A DNA stretch of 62,752 nucleotides, the filler included, from Basidiobolus ranarum (Eukaryota), in assembly GCA_040143965.1 (NCBI GenBank). It is 37 parts of 37 records of this genome, joined end to end, with 100 filler letters (N's around TTAATTAATTAA, not from the genome) between each part and the next. Parts side by side here need not be neighbours in the genome. Positions count along the whole stretch, not along the records: positions 51,001 to 52,595 come from JASJQH010011639.1; positions 52,696 to 54,289 come from JASJQH010011640.1; positions 54,390 to 55,982 come from JASJQH010011641.1; positions 56,083 to 57,675 come from JASJQH010011642.1; positions 57,776 to 59,368 come from JASJQH010011643.1; positions 59,469 to 61,060 come from JASJQH010011644.1; positions 61,161 to 62,752 come from JASJQH010011645.1; 30 more parts are not named here. The stretch is one strand, 5' to 3'. The position numbers and the translations under genes are program-made. Below are positions 50,901 to 62,752 of the stretch, in pieces. Within the stretch, counting starts at the first letter, position 1; each line of letters starts with the position of its first letter. The notes below the pieces were generated by a model. The model saw nothing but the letters and a program-made list of their open reading frames with translations. It ran no database searches and was not told where the DNA came from.

Positions 50901-51000
50901 NNNNNNNNNNNNNNNNNNNNNNNNNNNNNNNNNNNNNNNNNNNNTTAATTAATTAANNNNNNNNNNNNNNNNNNNNNNNNNNNNNNNNNNNNNNNNNNNN

Positions 51001-51823
51001 TTGGTCTAAATTTGGCACAAAAAGTAAGAAATGCATATTTCTTGGTTATTGTACTCAAACTAAGGCCTACAGACTCTATTATACCAAAATTTCCAAGTTA
51101 ATCAAGTCCAGGGATTATTTGTTTAATGAAAATGAAAATCTTTCACCCAAAATGACCCCAGAAGATGGTGAAAATCAATTTTCTCCTGATCCAATCATTC
51201 AAATTGATTCAAACCAAGACAATGAAGAAAAGAGCATTCCTGTGAACCCTCCAACCAAAATTTTGCCTACTGAAGTGCCCAATACAATGCCAGAAGTTGT
51301 AGTTCCTTTATCCCTAACCTCTACCACAAATAAAAGTGATTTGATCTGGATAGGATCCACCCTTCTGGATTGCAAAACCATCAGAGAACTGTCATAAAAT
51401 TGGTAGCTTGTATTCTGCCCAGGATTTTGATGGTGAGATGATGGCTTCTTGATGGTATTTTGATGGTATTCCTACATGTTGAAGTATTGATCCTCATATA
51501 TGGCATTTATTATTTAAATTCCAGCAATTTTCACAAAAATCTACTTTTTAACGGCATATTACTGGGTTTACTGATGTAGGAATTTAATATAATATGCATG
51601 CCTTTATTTAGATATTTTAGGCTGTGTATTCCAGCAATAATGAGGATCAAAAAATACAAGAATCTTGTTATGCTTAATCTCTATATATGAACATAGTTGA
51701 CTGAGCAGACCTAACTCAACAACATCTATATGCTTTACCAGCAAACTATTGGTGGAAAAATTGCTAAACATCTCAAATTTTGAATAGTACCTACACTTGG
51801 CAAATAGCTGACTCTTGTTACCA
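51001..51823. mobile_element. Copia integrase tail (51001-51313, plus) fused to a CMC transposase remnant (minus)
   Basis: Near-identical to 36988-37300, then matches 43560-44055. Confidence 0.8.
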
Positions 51824-51866
51824 GACTTGCTCCACTTTATTGAGCTAGATCAGGCCAGCTAAAAAG

Positions 51867-52595
51867 TGTTAAATTTTATTGTCTTAATCATATTTGTTAT
51901 CTCTTTCTTTATTCACCTAACTATTTCATATATCACATAGAAGTTAGTTAATATTACTTAGTCAAATATCACTTAACTGCAAATCAGAACATATATTATA
52001 TATAAATGTGAGTAATGTGAAAATTAGCAATTCCATATTGGAAATTTCAAACTTATCCAAATTGCCTCAAAAATAACTCAATTTACTCCCACAGATATTT
52101 TGAACACAACCTCAGTGTGAGTTTTCTGTATTTCCACCGAAATGTATAAATGCTTTATTTCTGGACAATAAATAATTATCTCACAAAGCTATTTACAACT
52201 CCACTTTTCTAAAGTTCCTCCAAACTGCCCCTATTTTCCCAATGGTTATGAGCCCATTCTTGTAACCTTTACAGCATGACAGAAACCACTACTACAACTT
52301 TAATTAAGTCAAGTGTTGAAAAGCTTGATGGGGAAAATCACAATTTCTGGAAGTTCAAGATGCAAATCATGCTGGATGACAGGGAGCTTTGAGATATAGT
52401 CTCTGGAGATGCAAAGGAACCTTCTGACTCTTCTTTATTGGAAGCTTACAAGAAAAGAGACAAGAAGGCCTTTAATGTCATTTGTCAAAGTTTGAAGGAT
52501 TCACAACTTGTGAATATTCAATATGCAAAGACTTCCCATCAAGCTTGGACTATATTGGAAGAGTGTTATGAAGCAAAGAGTCTTGCTAATAGACT
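51867..52595 (+). mobile_element. Copia 5' LTR B (51867-52243), PBS GGTTATGAGCCCA (52244-52256) and gag from ATG 52276
   Basis: Gag VEKLDGENHNFWKFKMQIML, same gag as 38676-39023. Confidence 0.92.
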
Positions 52596-52754
52596 NNNNN
52601 NNNNNNNNNNNNNNNNNNNNNNNNNNNNNNNNNNNNNNNTTAATTAATTAANNNNNNNNNNNNNNNNNNNNNNNNNNNNNNNNNNNNNNNNNNNNTAATC
52701 GGGAGGAGTGATTTTGGATGATGCAGTAACACTCTATGCTAGTATTCAGAGGAT

Positions 52755-54278
52755 CTATTTCTTGTCAGAGTTCTCGATCTCGTCACAGATCTCTTCCAAA
52801 GATTTGCCCTTGGTCTCTGGGATCCAGAAGGTGGTCAGGAAACCGAGGAACATGATACCAGCAAAGATACCGAGTGTCTGAGGGAGGAAGGCATGTTCAC
52901 CATCTGCACCACCGATCTCTACCAACTGGTTGAAGCCGAAGGTGGCAATAATGGCACCAAGCTTACCAGAGGCTGCTGAGATACCGTGAGCGGTGGAACG
53001 GAAGCGAGTGGGGAACACCTCAGAGGGAAGGACAAAAGTAGTGGTGTTGGGACCAAAGTTGAAGAAGAACTGGGCGAGAGTGAAGAGGGCAATGAACAGA
53101 GCCAATGCAGTATCACGGATCTTGTAAAAGCCAGCAGACAGAATGACAAAGATAATGGTAAGCATCATGAAACCCATCAACTGGATCTTGATACGACCCA
53201 TACGCTCAATAAGGAACACAGTGAACCAGTATCCAGGCACGGTTCCCATCAATGAGATGATCATGTTGCCGATAGCCTCGGTCCACATGGCATCATATGC
53301 TGATAATCCTTTTGAGGAGTAGCCGATGGCTTGCAAGACGTATGACTGATTGAGGGAGAGACCGTAGAATGCAATGTCCAAGAAGAACCAAGAGAGAGAG
53401 GTACCAAGTAACACCTTGAGGTTCTTCCACTTACCGAAATGCTGGAGGAAGGTATCCTCGTTTTTGGCAACAACTGGCTCGACATGTCCCAATTTCTCGC
53501 TCTGGGAGAAATCATCCATTTGTGTACCCTTATCTTGCTCTCCCAGCACGGCCTCAAGATCCTTGGCAGCTTGCTCGGCATTACCCTTGACTTCCATGGT
53601 GTAACGGGGTGACTCGGGCATATTCAAGCGGAACCATACAGTGAAGATGGCAGGGACACATCCGAATCCAAGCATCAATCTCCATACATAGTCAAGGTTG
53701 GCCTGATCTTCACGAATGAGTGATTGGAAGCATGCAAGAGCCATCACAGTGAACAAGGCAGCAACAAGAATTCCGATACCTTGGGAAGCAAATACGGCAG
53801 AAATCATCATACCACGACGTTTGGTGGAAGCAAATTCCGAGGTAATGACAGCACTGACTGGATAATCGCCACCAATACCAATACCAAGAATGAATCGCCA
53901 AAGCGCGAGGACTGCAATGACATTCACTCCTTTACCCCATGACCCGGCAATAGCACAACAGAATGTAGCAAAGATAATGATGATTAACTCAGAACCGTAC
54001 ATCTTCTTACGCCCGAGTTTGTCACTAAGATATCCAAAGAGTAATTGTCCAATCAAGGTACCAAAGGCTGTAGCACCCTTCAATGGGCCTTCGAATTGTT
54101 TGGGGACCTTGTTGTTGTTCTCAGCATAGTAAACGTAACCCATCATAGGAACAGCCAGATTGATGATGAAAATATCGTAAGCATCAGTGAAGAAACCGAT
54201 ACCAGCAACAATGATAGCACGCAAATGCCATCCTGTAAGCTTAGTATCGTTGAGGTTGGCGAGTTGATCTCCAGACAT
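52755..54278 (-). CDS. PHO84: High-affinity phosphate:H+ symporter (MFS, PHS family)
   Basis: Intact 507-aa ORF with AGIGFFTDAYDIF, DKLGRKKMYG, GIGIGGDYPVSA, FFFNFGPNTTTF, RSTAHGISAASGKLGA and PETKGKSLEE. Confidence 0.95.
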   Translation of the reverse strand: MSGDQLANLNDTKLTGWHLRAIIVAGIGFFTDAYDIFIINLAVPMMGYVYYAENNNKVPKQFEGPLKGATAFGTLIGQLLFGYLSDKLGRKKMYGSELIIIIFATFCCAIAGSWGKGVNVIAVLALWRFILGIGIGGDYPVSAVITSEFASTKRRGMMISAVFASQGIGILVAALFTVMALACFQSLIREDQANLDYVWRLMLGFGCVPAIFTVWFRLNMPESPRYTMEVKGNAEQAAKDLEAVLGEQDKGTQMDDFSQSEKLGHVEPVVAKNEDTFLQHFGKWKNLKVLLGTSLSWFFLDIAFYGLSLNQSYVLQAIGYSSKGLSAYDAMWTEAIGNMIISLMGTVPGYWFTVFLIERMGRIKIQLMGFMMLTIIFVILSAGFYKIRDTALALFIALFTLAQFFFNFGPNTTTFVLPSEVFPTRFRSTAHGISAASGKLGAIIATFGFNQLVEIGGADGEHAFLPQTLGIFAGIMFLGFLTTFWIPETKGKSLEEICDEIENSDKK

Positions 54279-54389
54279 CTGCGCTGTAANNNNNNNNNNN
54301 NNNNNNNNNNNNNNNNNNNNNNNNNNNNNNNNNTTAATTAATTAANNNNNNNNNNNNNNNNNNNNNNNNNNNNNNNNNNNNNNNNNNNN

Positions 54390-54609
54390 GACTCGACATG
54401 CTCTGTCATATTCCACTCAGTTTGACCAAATAAAACGCATAGATCATACACAATACCAACCATCTCGACATGTACAGGACTCTGAGCCTCCTCAAACTTC
54501 AGATGAGCAAGAGCCGGAAGACTCAGATTCGGACTCGGATGACTCAGATTGTAGAGGCTGTGGCCGCAGGTATGGTGGCCGTAGACGTCACTTTGGTCGC
54601 AGATATTGA
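54390..54609 (+). CDS. 3' end of a small protein with an acidic spacer and an Arg/Gly-rich cationic tail (not in the ORF track)
   Basis: Frame from 54391 reads TRHALSYSTQFDQIKRIDHTQYQPSRHVQDSEPPQTSDEQEPEDSDSDSDDSDCRGCGRRYGGRRRHFGRRY-stop(54607-54609). Confidence 0.55.
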
Positions 54610-55603
54610 GAAACTATCTTGCAGTGCTGTACCATTTATGCATTCAATTCTATTCAGAAATAACAATAAAGTGAGAAATTACAACGTATGAAATTTATTC
54701 TTTCCATTTGAATGGCTATTATCGCAGTACATAACATATCTTTGACCAAGTGTAGAGTACAGGAGGTTGGTAAAGGCTTCACAGGGTTGGGAGGTATAAC
54801 AGAGAGTTTGAGAGATGCAGTCCTCTCCGATAGAAAATAAAACTGAAATTTTTGGAGATGTAATCCTGCTCATATGCACATATTACTCTCACTACAACAA
54901 TTGGGTATGCGCATATTTTCCAAAGGTGGACTCTTGAATTCAAATCAAGATATTGGGGAATCAAACACCATGTAGATGGTATACTTTTAGGGATGTATGG
55001 TATTAAGTGTAGCGAGAAATACTCACATATCGTGTACCTAATGAGTAAAGCATTGATGGAGGAGTGACTATATATCTTATAGAAGGTAGGAGCTACTGAG
55101 TTCGTATTTATAATGAACTTTCTAACACCTGACATGTAAGCATAGTATAAATCAAATATGCTGAACCTTTGCGATTGTACTGATATCTACATTTAACACA
55201 TAATTTTTAGTAGTTCATCACTTGTGGGCGGTATACTGGTTTCACATCTTGGATCAGTAAAATTTGTAATCGCGTGAGTTGAAGTACTTATGTGTTTCTG
55301 AGGTGCGTAATTCCTGACAATTGTTACTGTTTTATATCTGAATGTTTCAAACTATGCGAGCCGTCTATTCCATCGATTTGCTTTTCATCATGAGATATTT
55401 AATATTTGCGAAGCCATCGAGGCCTGCTAGTGTACAAGGAACATTTGAATGCAAAATTTGGTAAAAAAATCACTTATTACATTCTAATACTGTTAACCTT
55501 ATATTAGTCTTCAACTGAACGCTGTATCAGACGTAACAATAACTTTTTATGTATAACATGTTTATCGCACACTGAGTCAATACAACAAAACTGAAATGAA
55601 AGA

Positions 55604-55982
55604 TCAGACACCAAAGACTTGAGTCCAGCAGTGTCTATTGGCAACATAACCAGATCCAAAAGAGGTGAATTGAGAATGTTTCGTCGATGTCCAGCAGAAT
55701 TCATCCAACCTTCCATGACAGCCTCGGTACTAGTATACCCCTGAGCTACGTTTTTCCCGATAGATCTTCATTTGAAACCAGTTTTAGTAACACGGGTAAT
55801 CAAAGGTCTTCCAAGTTCGTCGTGGGTCATTTTGTCTACACGAGCTTGATAATCAGTATGCTTTTGGGCCGCTTGTACCAAATGATTGTCCAGTTTAAGT
55901 GGTTTAACTCCATTTTGTTGACGATGCTGGTTAACGAGAGTGAGCATTTTTGTGAAGATCCCTGTTGCCTGATGGGGATGTT
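55604..55982 (-). pseudogene. CAP/SCP-domain (YkwD-like) gene with a premature stop and a frameshift
   Basis: MLTLVNQHRQQNGVKPLKLDNHLVQAAQKH..HD..GFK*RSIGKNVAQG..EGWMNSAGHRRNILN, frameshift, FGSGY..WTQVFG. TGA at 55768-55770. Confidence 0.85.
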
Positions 55983-56082
55983 NNNNNNNNNNNNNNNNNN
56001 NNNNNNNNNNNNNNNNNNNNNNNNNNTTAATTAATTAANNNNNNNNNNNNNNNNNNNNNNNNNNNNNNNNNNNNNNNNNNNN

Positions 56083-57675
56083 AAGTTAAAGGCAAGCAAA
56101 AAGCTGCACAAACAATGCAAAGAACCCTTAGTAGTGTCACACTACAAGGATGTATAAAAATAGTTGAAGTGCTTGAGCTGTGTTTTCCTAAATATGAAGG
56201 GAAAAATGCAGTTTAAGTACGCAGAATGTGACTTCAGAAGAAGAATATTTAACTGGACATTCAGTCTGTTGATGACTGTGCAGATAAAAAAGAACTTAAT
56301 ATAGAGGTACACAATATTTTAGTGTACTTACCAGATAGCTGGAAGAAAATGGATTTAGCAACAGTAATACAATGGTAGAGTTTGATGGAGATATTGGTTC
56401 AAACTTGGGTCAGATATGAGTTGGGCCTTGGGTATAAAGAACTCTATAAAAACATTCATGGCAATAAATCAAAAAAACTAGGGATTTCAAAGGTCACAAA
56501 TAAGCATACAATTGGTAATGTGTAAGCTTGAGTTACTTTTATTTGCACATGTGTTGATCCATAGTTCTCTGCTAGTGTAGCTAATCAAGTGAACTATTTT
56601 GTGATAAATTTTAGTTTCTTTCTTGAAACTGAAAGAATTGATTAAAATCAAATCTACCTTGATAGTCTTATGACAGGGAGTAAATGGAAAATCCAAAATG
56701 CATTAATGACATCATGGTTTTCCTTCAATCACTATCCTCCTATTTCTGTAAGGGGATTGGTATGCAATCATAAGTACAAACTACAAAGTGGCTATACAGG
56801 CCATGACAGCCAATGATGCAGCAATTTTTGTAATTGATATAGCATTCTGAATCAACTAGTCAACAGTTCGAGACTATCTTGACTATGATATTGGACCTTC
56901 AGAATGCTGTAATTGAGCCTGAAACTAACAAACAATTAATTGATCCAGATTGGATCCACCATTCAGATTGCAAGACCATTGGAGAACCATTGCAATATTG
57001 ATGGCTTGCATTCTGCCAGGAATTTTGATGGTGTGACAGTGGCTTCTTGATGATATATGTACATGTCAAATACTGATCCTCATAATCTTGATTTGTTCAG
57101 TCTTTACATATGTGTGTACTTGACAGATTAGATATAACTCAAAAACATTGATATGCTTTACCAGCAAACTAATACTGGACTAATTCTGACCATCTGTAAT
57201 TTTGCACAGCACTGACACTTGGCAAACTCTTATTACCATTCACAATGAGAATAAGCTCTTGTTTTTTGGCAAATTTCTGTAAAGAATTGAGCCAATTATC
57301 CTCAACATGGAGTCAACAAATGTCCTGTTACAAGTAGATGTGTTATTACTTCAATAGATTACCCCCTGGCTAAAGAAATAATACTGCATTTCTTGATCTA
57401 TCTCACCAAGAAGTCTTTCATGCAGCTTTCATTTAGCAACCAGGTGTTTTTTGGTTTTCTTTCACCTTACCACAGTTGATTAGCAACTGTTGCTAGCTAC
57501 AGACCAGGTACATGTAAAAAACAGTTGTCAATCTTATGACATATAATCCTTGAGTAATTAAACTACCTTCATGTCCAAATGTTTGTTTGGCTTTCACCAG
57601 TGACCTAAAAACCTGAAGTCATGTAATGTTTGCATACAATTGGCAATCACTGAATCAGGTAAATATTGCTCATAC
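56083..57675. mobile_element. CMC transposon remnants: ORF2 and terminus (56083-56755, plus), transposase pieces (~56930-57675, minus)
   Basis: Matches 18860-19536, 59800-60080 and 11680-11826. Confidence 0.72.
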
Positions 57676-57775
57676 NNNNNNNNNNNNNNNNNNNNNNNNN
57701 NNNNNNNNNNNNNNNNNNNTTAATTAATTAANNNNNNNNNNNNNNNNNNNNNNNNNNNNNNNNNNNNNNNNNNNN

Positions 57776-59368
57776 ATCTTGGGATTATTGGTTGCCCAAA
57801 ATATTTGCAGTTGTTAAGACTTATGTTTCCACCTGTGATACTTGTGCTTGAGTGAAGACTCCAAGACATCAGCCCTATGGCCTCCTACAGCCACATACAA
57901 TTCCTGATCAGCAGTGTAAATCCATATCCCTGGATTTCACAACTGATTTACCCATGTCTGCCAAATATGATTCAACTCTGGTAATTGTTGACCATCTAAC
58001 AAAGATGGCCCACTTTGTGCTCTGCAACAAGTTGATTGATGCAAAACAAATAGTAGAATTGGTAACTCAAAACATCTTCCACCTACATGGCCTCCCTGAA
58101 ACTATCATCTCTAACCGAGCATCTCATTTTGCTTCCAAATTCTGGAAAAGTCTCCTCTATACCTTGGTTATATCTGCCAATCTCTATACTGCCTTCCATC
58201 CCCAATCTGATGGCCAAACAGAAAGAGTAAATCAAGTTTTGGAACAATGTTTGCGATGCACTATCAGTTATAATCAGGGTAATTGGACACAACTCTTGCC
58301 TCTTGATGTATTTGCTTACAACAACTTTATCATACCTTGACAAGAAAAACTCCCTTCTTTGTAAATTATGGATTCCATCCTTGTTTCACTATTCACCCAC
58401 CATCCAATCTACCTTGCCTTGCTGCCTTAGACCATGCCACCTACCTTAAGGACCTCCATAAACAATTAATATCTGAGTTGGAGCATTCTCAATCCCAATA
58501 CAAGAACTTTGCTGATAAGAAAAGAAAGCCAAGCCCAGATATCAAGCCATGAGAGTATGTTTGGCTACTCCGGAAAAATATCAAAACCACTAGACCTTGT
58601 GATGAACTTGATCATAAAAGAATAGGGCCTTTTAAGATTATTAAGCAAATCAATTCAGTAGCCTTCTGCCTTGAACTCCTAGCTCATTTTAAAGTCCACA
58701 ATGTATTCCATGTATCTCTCTTAGAACCACATGCAAGAAACACCTTCCAGGGCCAATCCATTGACCCACCCCCAGCAATTCAAGTGGAAAAAACCCCAAA
58801 TATGAAGTTAGCAAAATTCTATATTCCAGAATTTATCAACAGAAATTGCAATATTTAGTGGACTGGATGAGATACTCAACAAATGATCAATCATGGGAGC
58901 GAGCAACAAGTCTATCCAATTCCAAGGAACTTTGCTAGGAGTTTCATGAAGCCACCAAGAAAAACCTGGCCCTATGATGTCTGGAAGCCATCAGTAAAGA
59001 AGGGGATACTGTCATGATTCTGATCTCTGCATACCAATCCACTACAAATACAACTTCTCTATTATTAGATTATGACATCATATCTGCTGTTCCATCCCTT
59101 CTTGGCAATCTGATGTCATTTCATCCAGATTATTTTATATGGAAATCATGTCCTTTGGAATATTCCATGAAACCTATCCAATCATGTCATCCCACACATA
59201 GTTATTTCCGCAAAGATCTTCCATGGAAGGTCACCTGATCATCCTTACATCATCCCCCTTTGTATTGGTCCTTGTAGTCCCCAACACCCCAACTCTTAAA
59301 CTTGCACAGTATATTCCCTATTCAGTATATTATGTTTCACCTTGCAATATCTATGTAAGCCTCATGTA
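57776..59368 (+). mobile_element. Chromoviral Ty3/gypsy 3' end: integrase, chromodomain (~58800-58935), PPT (aaagaagggg) and 3' LTR from 59010
   Basis: ISLDFTTDLP, HGLPETIIS, AFHPQSDGQTERVNQ, GPF, VHNVFHVSLL and YEVSKIL..QYLVDW..Y...QSWE. Confidence 0.94.
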
Positions 59369-59468
59369 NNNNNNNNNNNNNNNNNNNNNNNNNNNNNNNN
59401 NNNNNNNNNNNNTTAATTAATTAANNNNNNNNNNNNNNNNNNNNNNNNNNNNNNNNNNNNNNNNNNNN

Positions 59469-59617
59469 AGTGAAAATTGGTAAAAGTGATCTAATTGATA
59501 TTTCTATCATTTAGAGCAATAAACACACATTTTTGAATGACAGAATTGAGTGCTAAATAATCAGAATATGAATAATTTAACTAATAAATCATGAGTTGCT
59601 ATTTATCTAATTTCAAC
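59469..59617 (-). repeat. Copia LTR family A, 5' part
   Basis: Minus strand TGTTGAAATTAGATAAATAGCAACTC. Confidence 0.82.
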
Positions 59618-61060
59618 AAATTACTGGGTTTACTGCTGTAGGAATTTGAATCAATAGGCATGCCTGTATTTAGATATTATAGGCTCTGTATTCCAGCCAT
59701 AATGAGAATCTAAATAATACAAGAATCTCATAGTGCTTAGTCTCTATATATTCATATACTTGACTGATTAGAAATTACTCCACAATATCAATGTGCTTCA
59801 CCAACAACCTAGTGATGGTAAAATTGCTAAACATCTGAAATTTTGAATAGCACTGACACTTGGCAAAGAGCTGACTCTTGTTACCATCCACAATGAGAAT
59901 AAGCTCTGGGATTTTGGCAAATTTCTGTAAAGAATTCAGCCAAAATATCCCCAACCTGCAGTCAACAAATGTCCTGCCACAAGTAGATGCGTCATTACTG
60001 GAAGAGATTACCCTACGGCTAAAACAATAATACTGCATATCTTGAACTATCTCACCAAGAGGTCTGTCATGCAGCTTTCCTAAGAATACCATCAAATTAG
60101 AACACAAGCAAATTAGTCCAATTATAGAGGTACTTACTTTGTGTCCATGGATTGGGCTTTGTTGCCATTATTGTGCTCAAACAATGCAAAAACCCATGAG
60201 CACATTGAAAAGAGCCCTTTGTTGCCAGGTTAATATACTCAGGAGTCTCCTTAACCCATTGCATTATATCCATCACTGATTTTGCTGATACATTGTTAAC
60301 TAGATTAGCATATGGTATTACTGATGATTTCACATGGAGCATCATTTCACTACAGGTGCACTCCATTGGGAACTCCCAGAATGTATAGCAAGGGCCTATA
60401 ATCTCTAAGCATTGTGAAAGACAAAGCAGGGAATGTATTGAATGCTGGCATAGATTCAGTCTATCTTCTTTAAACCTATAATAAAGTTTTTCATATCTAA
60501 TTACAAAATCTCTGCCCAGTTGCTATATCTGCCTGAGATCTGCCAATGTAAGTTGATGCTGTAAGTATATATTAACAATATCCACAAACAACTTGCAATG
60601 TTGCCAATACTTATCAGGCAGAAATCTTTTCAAAATTCCTCTTTAATATATACAAATACAATACTTCCAGTGTGTGCATTTGAATAAATGCCTAGATGAG
60701 TAGATATTGATTGGAGTCCTGGTAAAATATGATGTTATCTTGACATTTTCAAGCATTTTCCCCATTGATGCAAACTTTGATCCTATCTTGAATGGCTCAT
60801 TTGTAGTAAATTTTCAACTATATAGCTGAGTAAGTAGTATTGGAATGTTGTTGAATAGGAAGTGCATAGTACCTAATGCAATGCACTGGCTCCAGCTGAT
60901 CCCCTTTAGCAATATAATCTTAGGCTTATGGCTAATACCAAGTTTGATGTAGACTGACTATTTGGTGAATTGATATCAGTGATCATGTTGAAATCTGACT
61001 GGGCTCTTGATGGTAAAATCATGAAGTTTAGTGTTGTATTTGGATAGTAGTAATGCATAT
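59618..61060 (-). mobile_element. CACTA/CMC transposase, degenerate
   Basis: Homologous to 10225-10755 and 5340-6600; WEFPMECTCSEM motif. Confidence 0.82.
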
Positions 61061-61189
61061 NNNNNNNNNNNNNNNNNNNNNNNNNNNNNNNNNNNNNNNN
61101 NNNNTTAATTAATTAANNNNNNNNNNNNNNNNNNNNNNNNNNNNNNNNNNNNNNNNNNNNCTGACCTGGTCCGATGGAACAAGTCTAAA

Positions 61190-62752
61190 GATAGGGATAA
61201 CATATATGATAAAGACAATAAACTTCAACAAAATGAGCTATTTCTGGGGTAATTTGGACAAGTTTGAAATTTCCAATATGGAACTGCTAATTCTCACATT
61301 ATTTACATATATATATAGTATATGTTCCAATTTTCAGCTAAGTGATATTTGACTAAGTAATGTTAACTAATCTATATGTGATATATGAAGTAGTTAGGTG
61401 TATAAAGATAGAGATAATATATATGATAAAGACGATAAACTTCAACACTCCCACTCAACTAAATATTGATATATCTTAATCCTAACTTAAATCTTAATTC
61501 TTCAAATTTTGGCTTGGGTAATGGTTTGGTAAGGATGTCAGGTATGATGTCCTCAGTTCGAAGTGCTTATTCTCAATAGCTTCCCTAACAAAGTGATGTT
61601 GAATGTCAATGTGCTTACTTTTAGCATGAAATTTGGGACTTTTAGCTAAAGAAGTACAACTTCTATTATCCTTGAAAATTTTGGTGGGTGAACTTTGAAA
61701 AATGCCCAAATCTTTGAACAGTTTCCTTAACCACATAGCCTCCTTTGTTGTATCTGATGCTGCCATGTACTCTGCCTTGGTTGTTGAAAGTGTTATGGTA
61801 GATTGATTCTTGCTATTCCAAGATATGGCTGCTTCACTATAGAGAAAGGTATATCCAGTGATAGATCTTCTGTCCTCAATATCACAAACCCATTCTGCAT
61901 CACTAAACCCAATTGGATCCTTACTCTCATACAAATGTGTGTGTCTTAATCCTAGATCAATTGTCTCCTACAAATATCTGCAAATCCACTTAACTGCTGC
62001 ATAATGTTCAGATCCTGGGTGTTGGACATGTAGGCTGACTACTCCCACTGAAAAGAGATATTTGCCCAGGTTCCAGTCATAGCATAGATAAAACCACCTA
62101 CCATAGATTGATAAGGGAACTCAAGGCTTTCAATTGACATATTTTGAGCCATATTTGGCCAATTGTCATTATTTTTGATGGTATTTTTAACTAGTTTCAC
62201 ACCTGGATACATAGAAGTTGCTACTTGCTTGCAATTTTCCATCCTGCAACATCTGAGAATGCCTGAGATGTATTTAGATTGCTTCAGAGTAATAGATTGC
62301 TCAATATATCTGAATGGATCTGCTGACCTAAACATTATCTAAGTTCACCCAAATTGGTCATCTTGAGTAGGACTGATGGATCTCTGTTGGTATTGCTGAG
62401 AGCTTTGTCATTATTGGTGGCTATAATCAGATCAACTACATATAAGGCAAGTATCACCTTACTGTTCTTATCTGTCTTGAAGTGGATCCCAAAATCTGCC
62501 ACACTCTTTTGGAAATCAAGTGATTCCAAGTATGTGTCTATCTTAGTGTACCAGGACCTGGGTGATTGTGTAAGTCCATAAAGTGATTTTTGAACCCTAC
62601 ACATGTCCTCAGGGTGCTCAGGATCTACAAAACCATCTGGCTGATCCATGAATATTTCCCCTCCCAAGTCCCCATTCAAAAAAGTAGTTTTAACATCCAA
62701 TTGATGGATTTTTAAGCTGTGTTTTGCTGCTACTGCTAGTATGGTTCTGATG
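61190..62752 (-). mobile_element. Ty1/copia RT-RNase H, PPT (61448-61458) and rearranged 3' LTR B (~61190-61447)
   Basis: DVKTTFLNGDL, KSLYGLTQSPRSWY, LALYVVDL, GFSDAEW..DRRSITGY and KHIDIQHHFVRE. Confidence 0.93.

Noticed and set aside
25189-54278. Phosphate/ammonium transporter plus NRPS 'gene cluster'
   Set aside because: The genes are on separate contigs ordered only by length.
52919-54341. Multiple overlapping ORFs within PHO84
   Set aside because: Shadow frames of a GC-balanced coding sequence, with no recognisable motifs.

Overview
This is not a continuous locus. It is 37 short, unrelated contigs sorted by decreasing length (1605 down to 1592 bp), joined by an artificial 100-nt linker (N44-TTAATTAATTAA-N44), so adjacency across linkers carries no information. 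The DNA is fungal: it has short GT-AG introns, PHO84, a Pho87/91-type transporter, Amt, cytosolic Hsp70, an omega-like GST, an NRPS and Kre9/KNH-like proteins. The gene mix suggests an early-diverging fungus, possibly Basidiobolus-like (inference). About two thirds of the contigs are decayed, nested transposons: Ty3/gypsy including a chromovirus, several Ty1/copia families primed by half-tRNAiMet, a CACTA/CMC-type DNA transposon ending in CCC/GGG, and a LINE. These are almost stripped of CpG, with Arg codons converted to stop, Trp, Cys, Gln or His, while host genes (even duplicated ones) keep their CpG. The most notable observations are: (1) a putative LTR carrying a full 73-nt tRNA-like cloverleaf; (2) TE-specific CpG hypermutation; (3) an AT-rich, intronless, compact two-gene contig that looks like giant-virus or other foreign DNA; (4) secreted bacterial-type CHAP and CAP proteins and an unannotated acidic-spacer/cationic-tail peptide. 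All family assignments come from motif recognition by eye; no searches were run.
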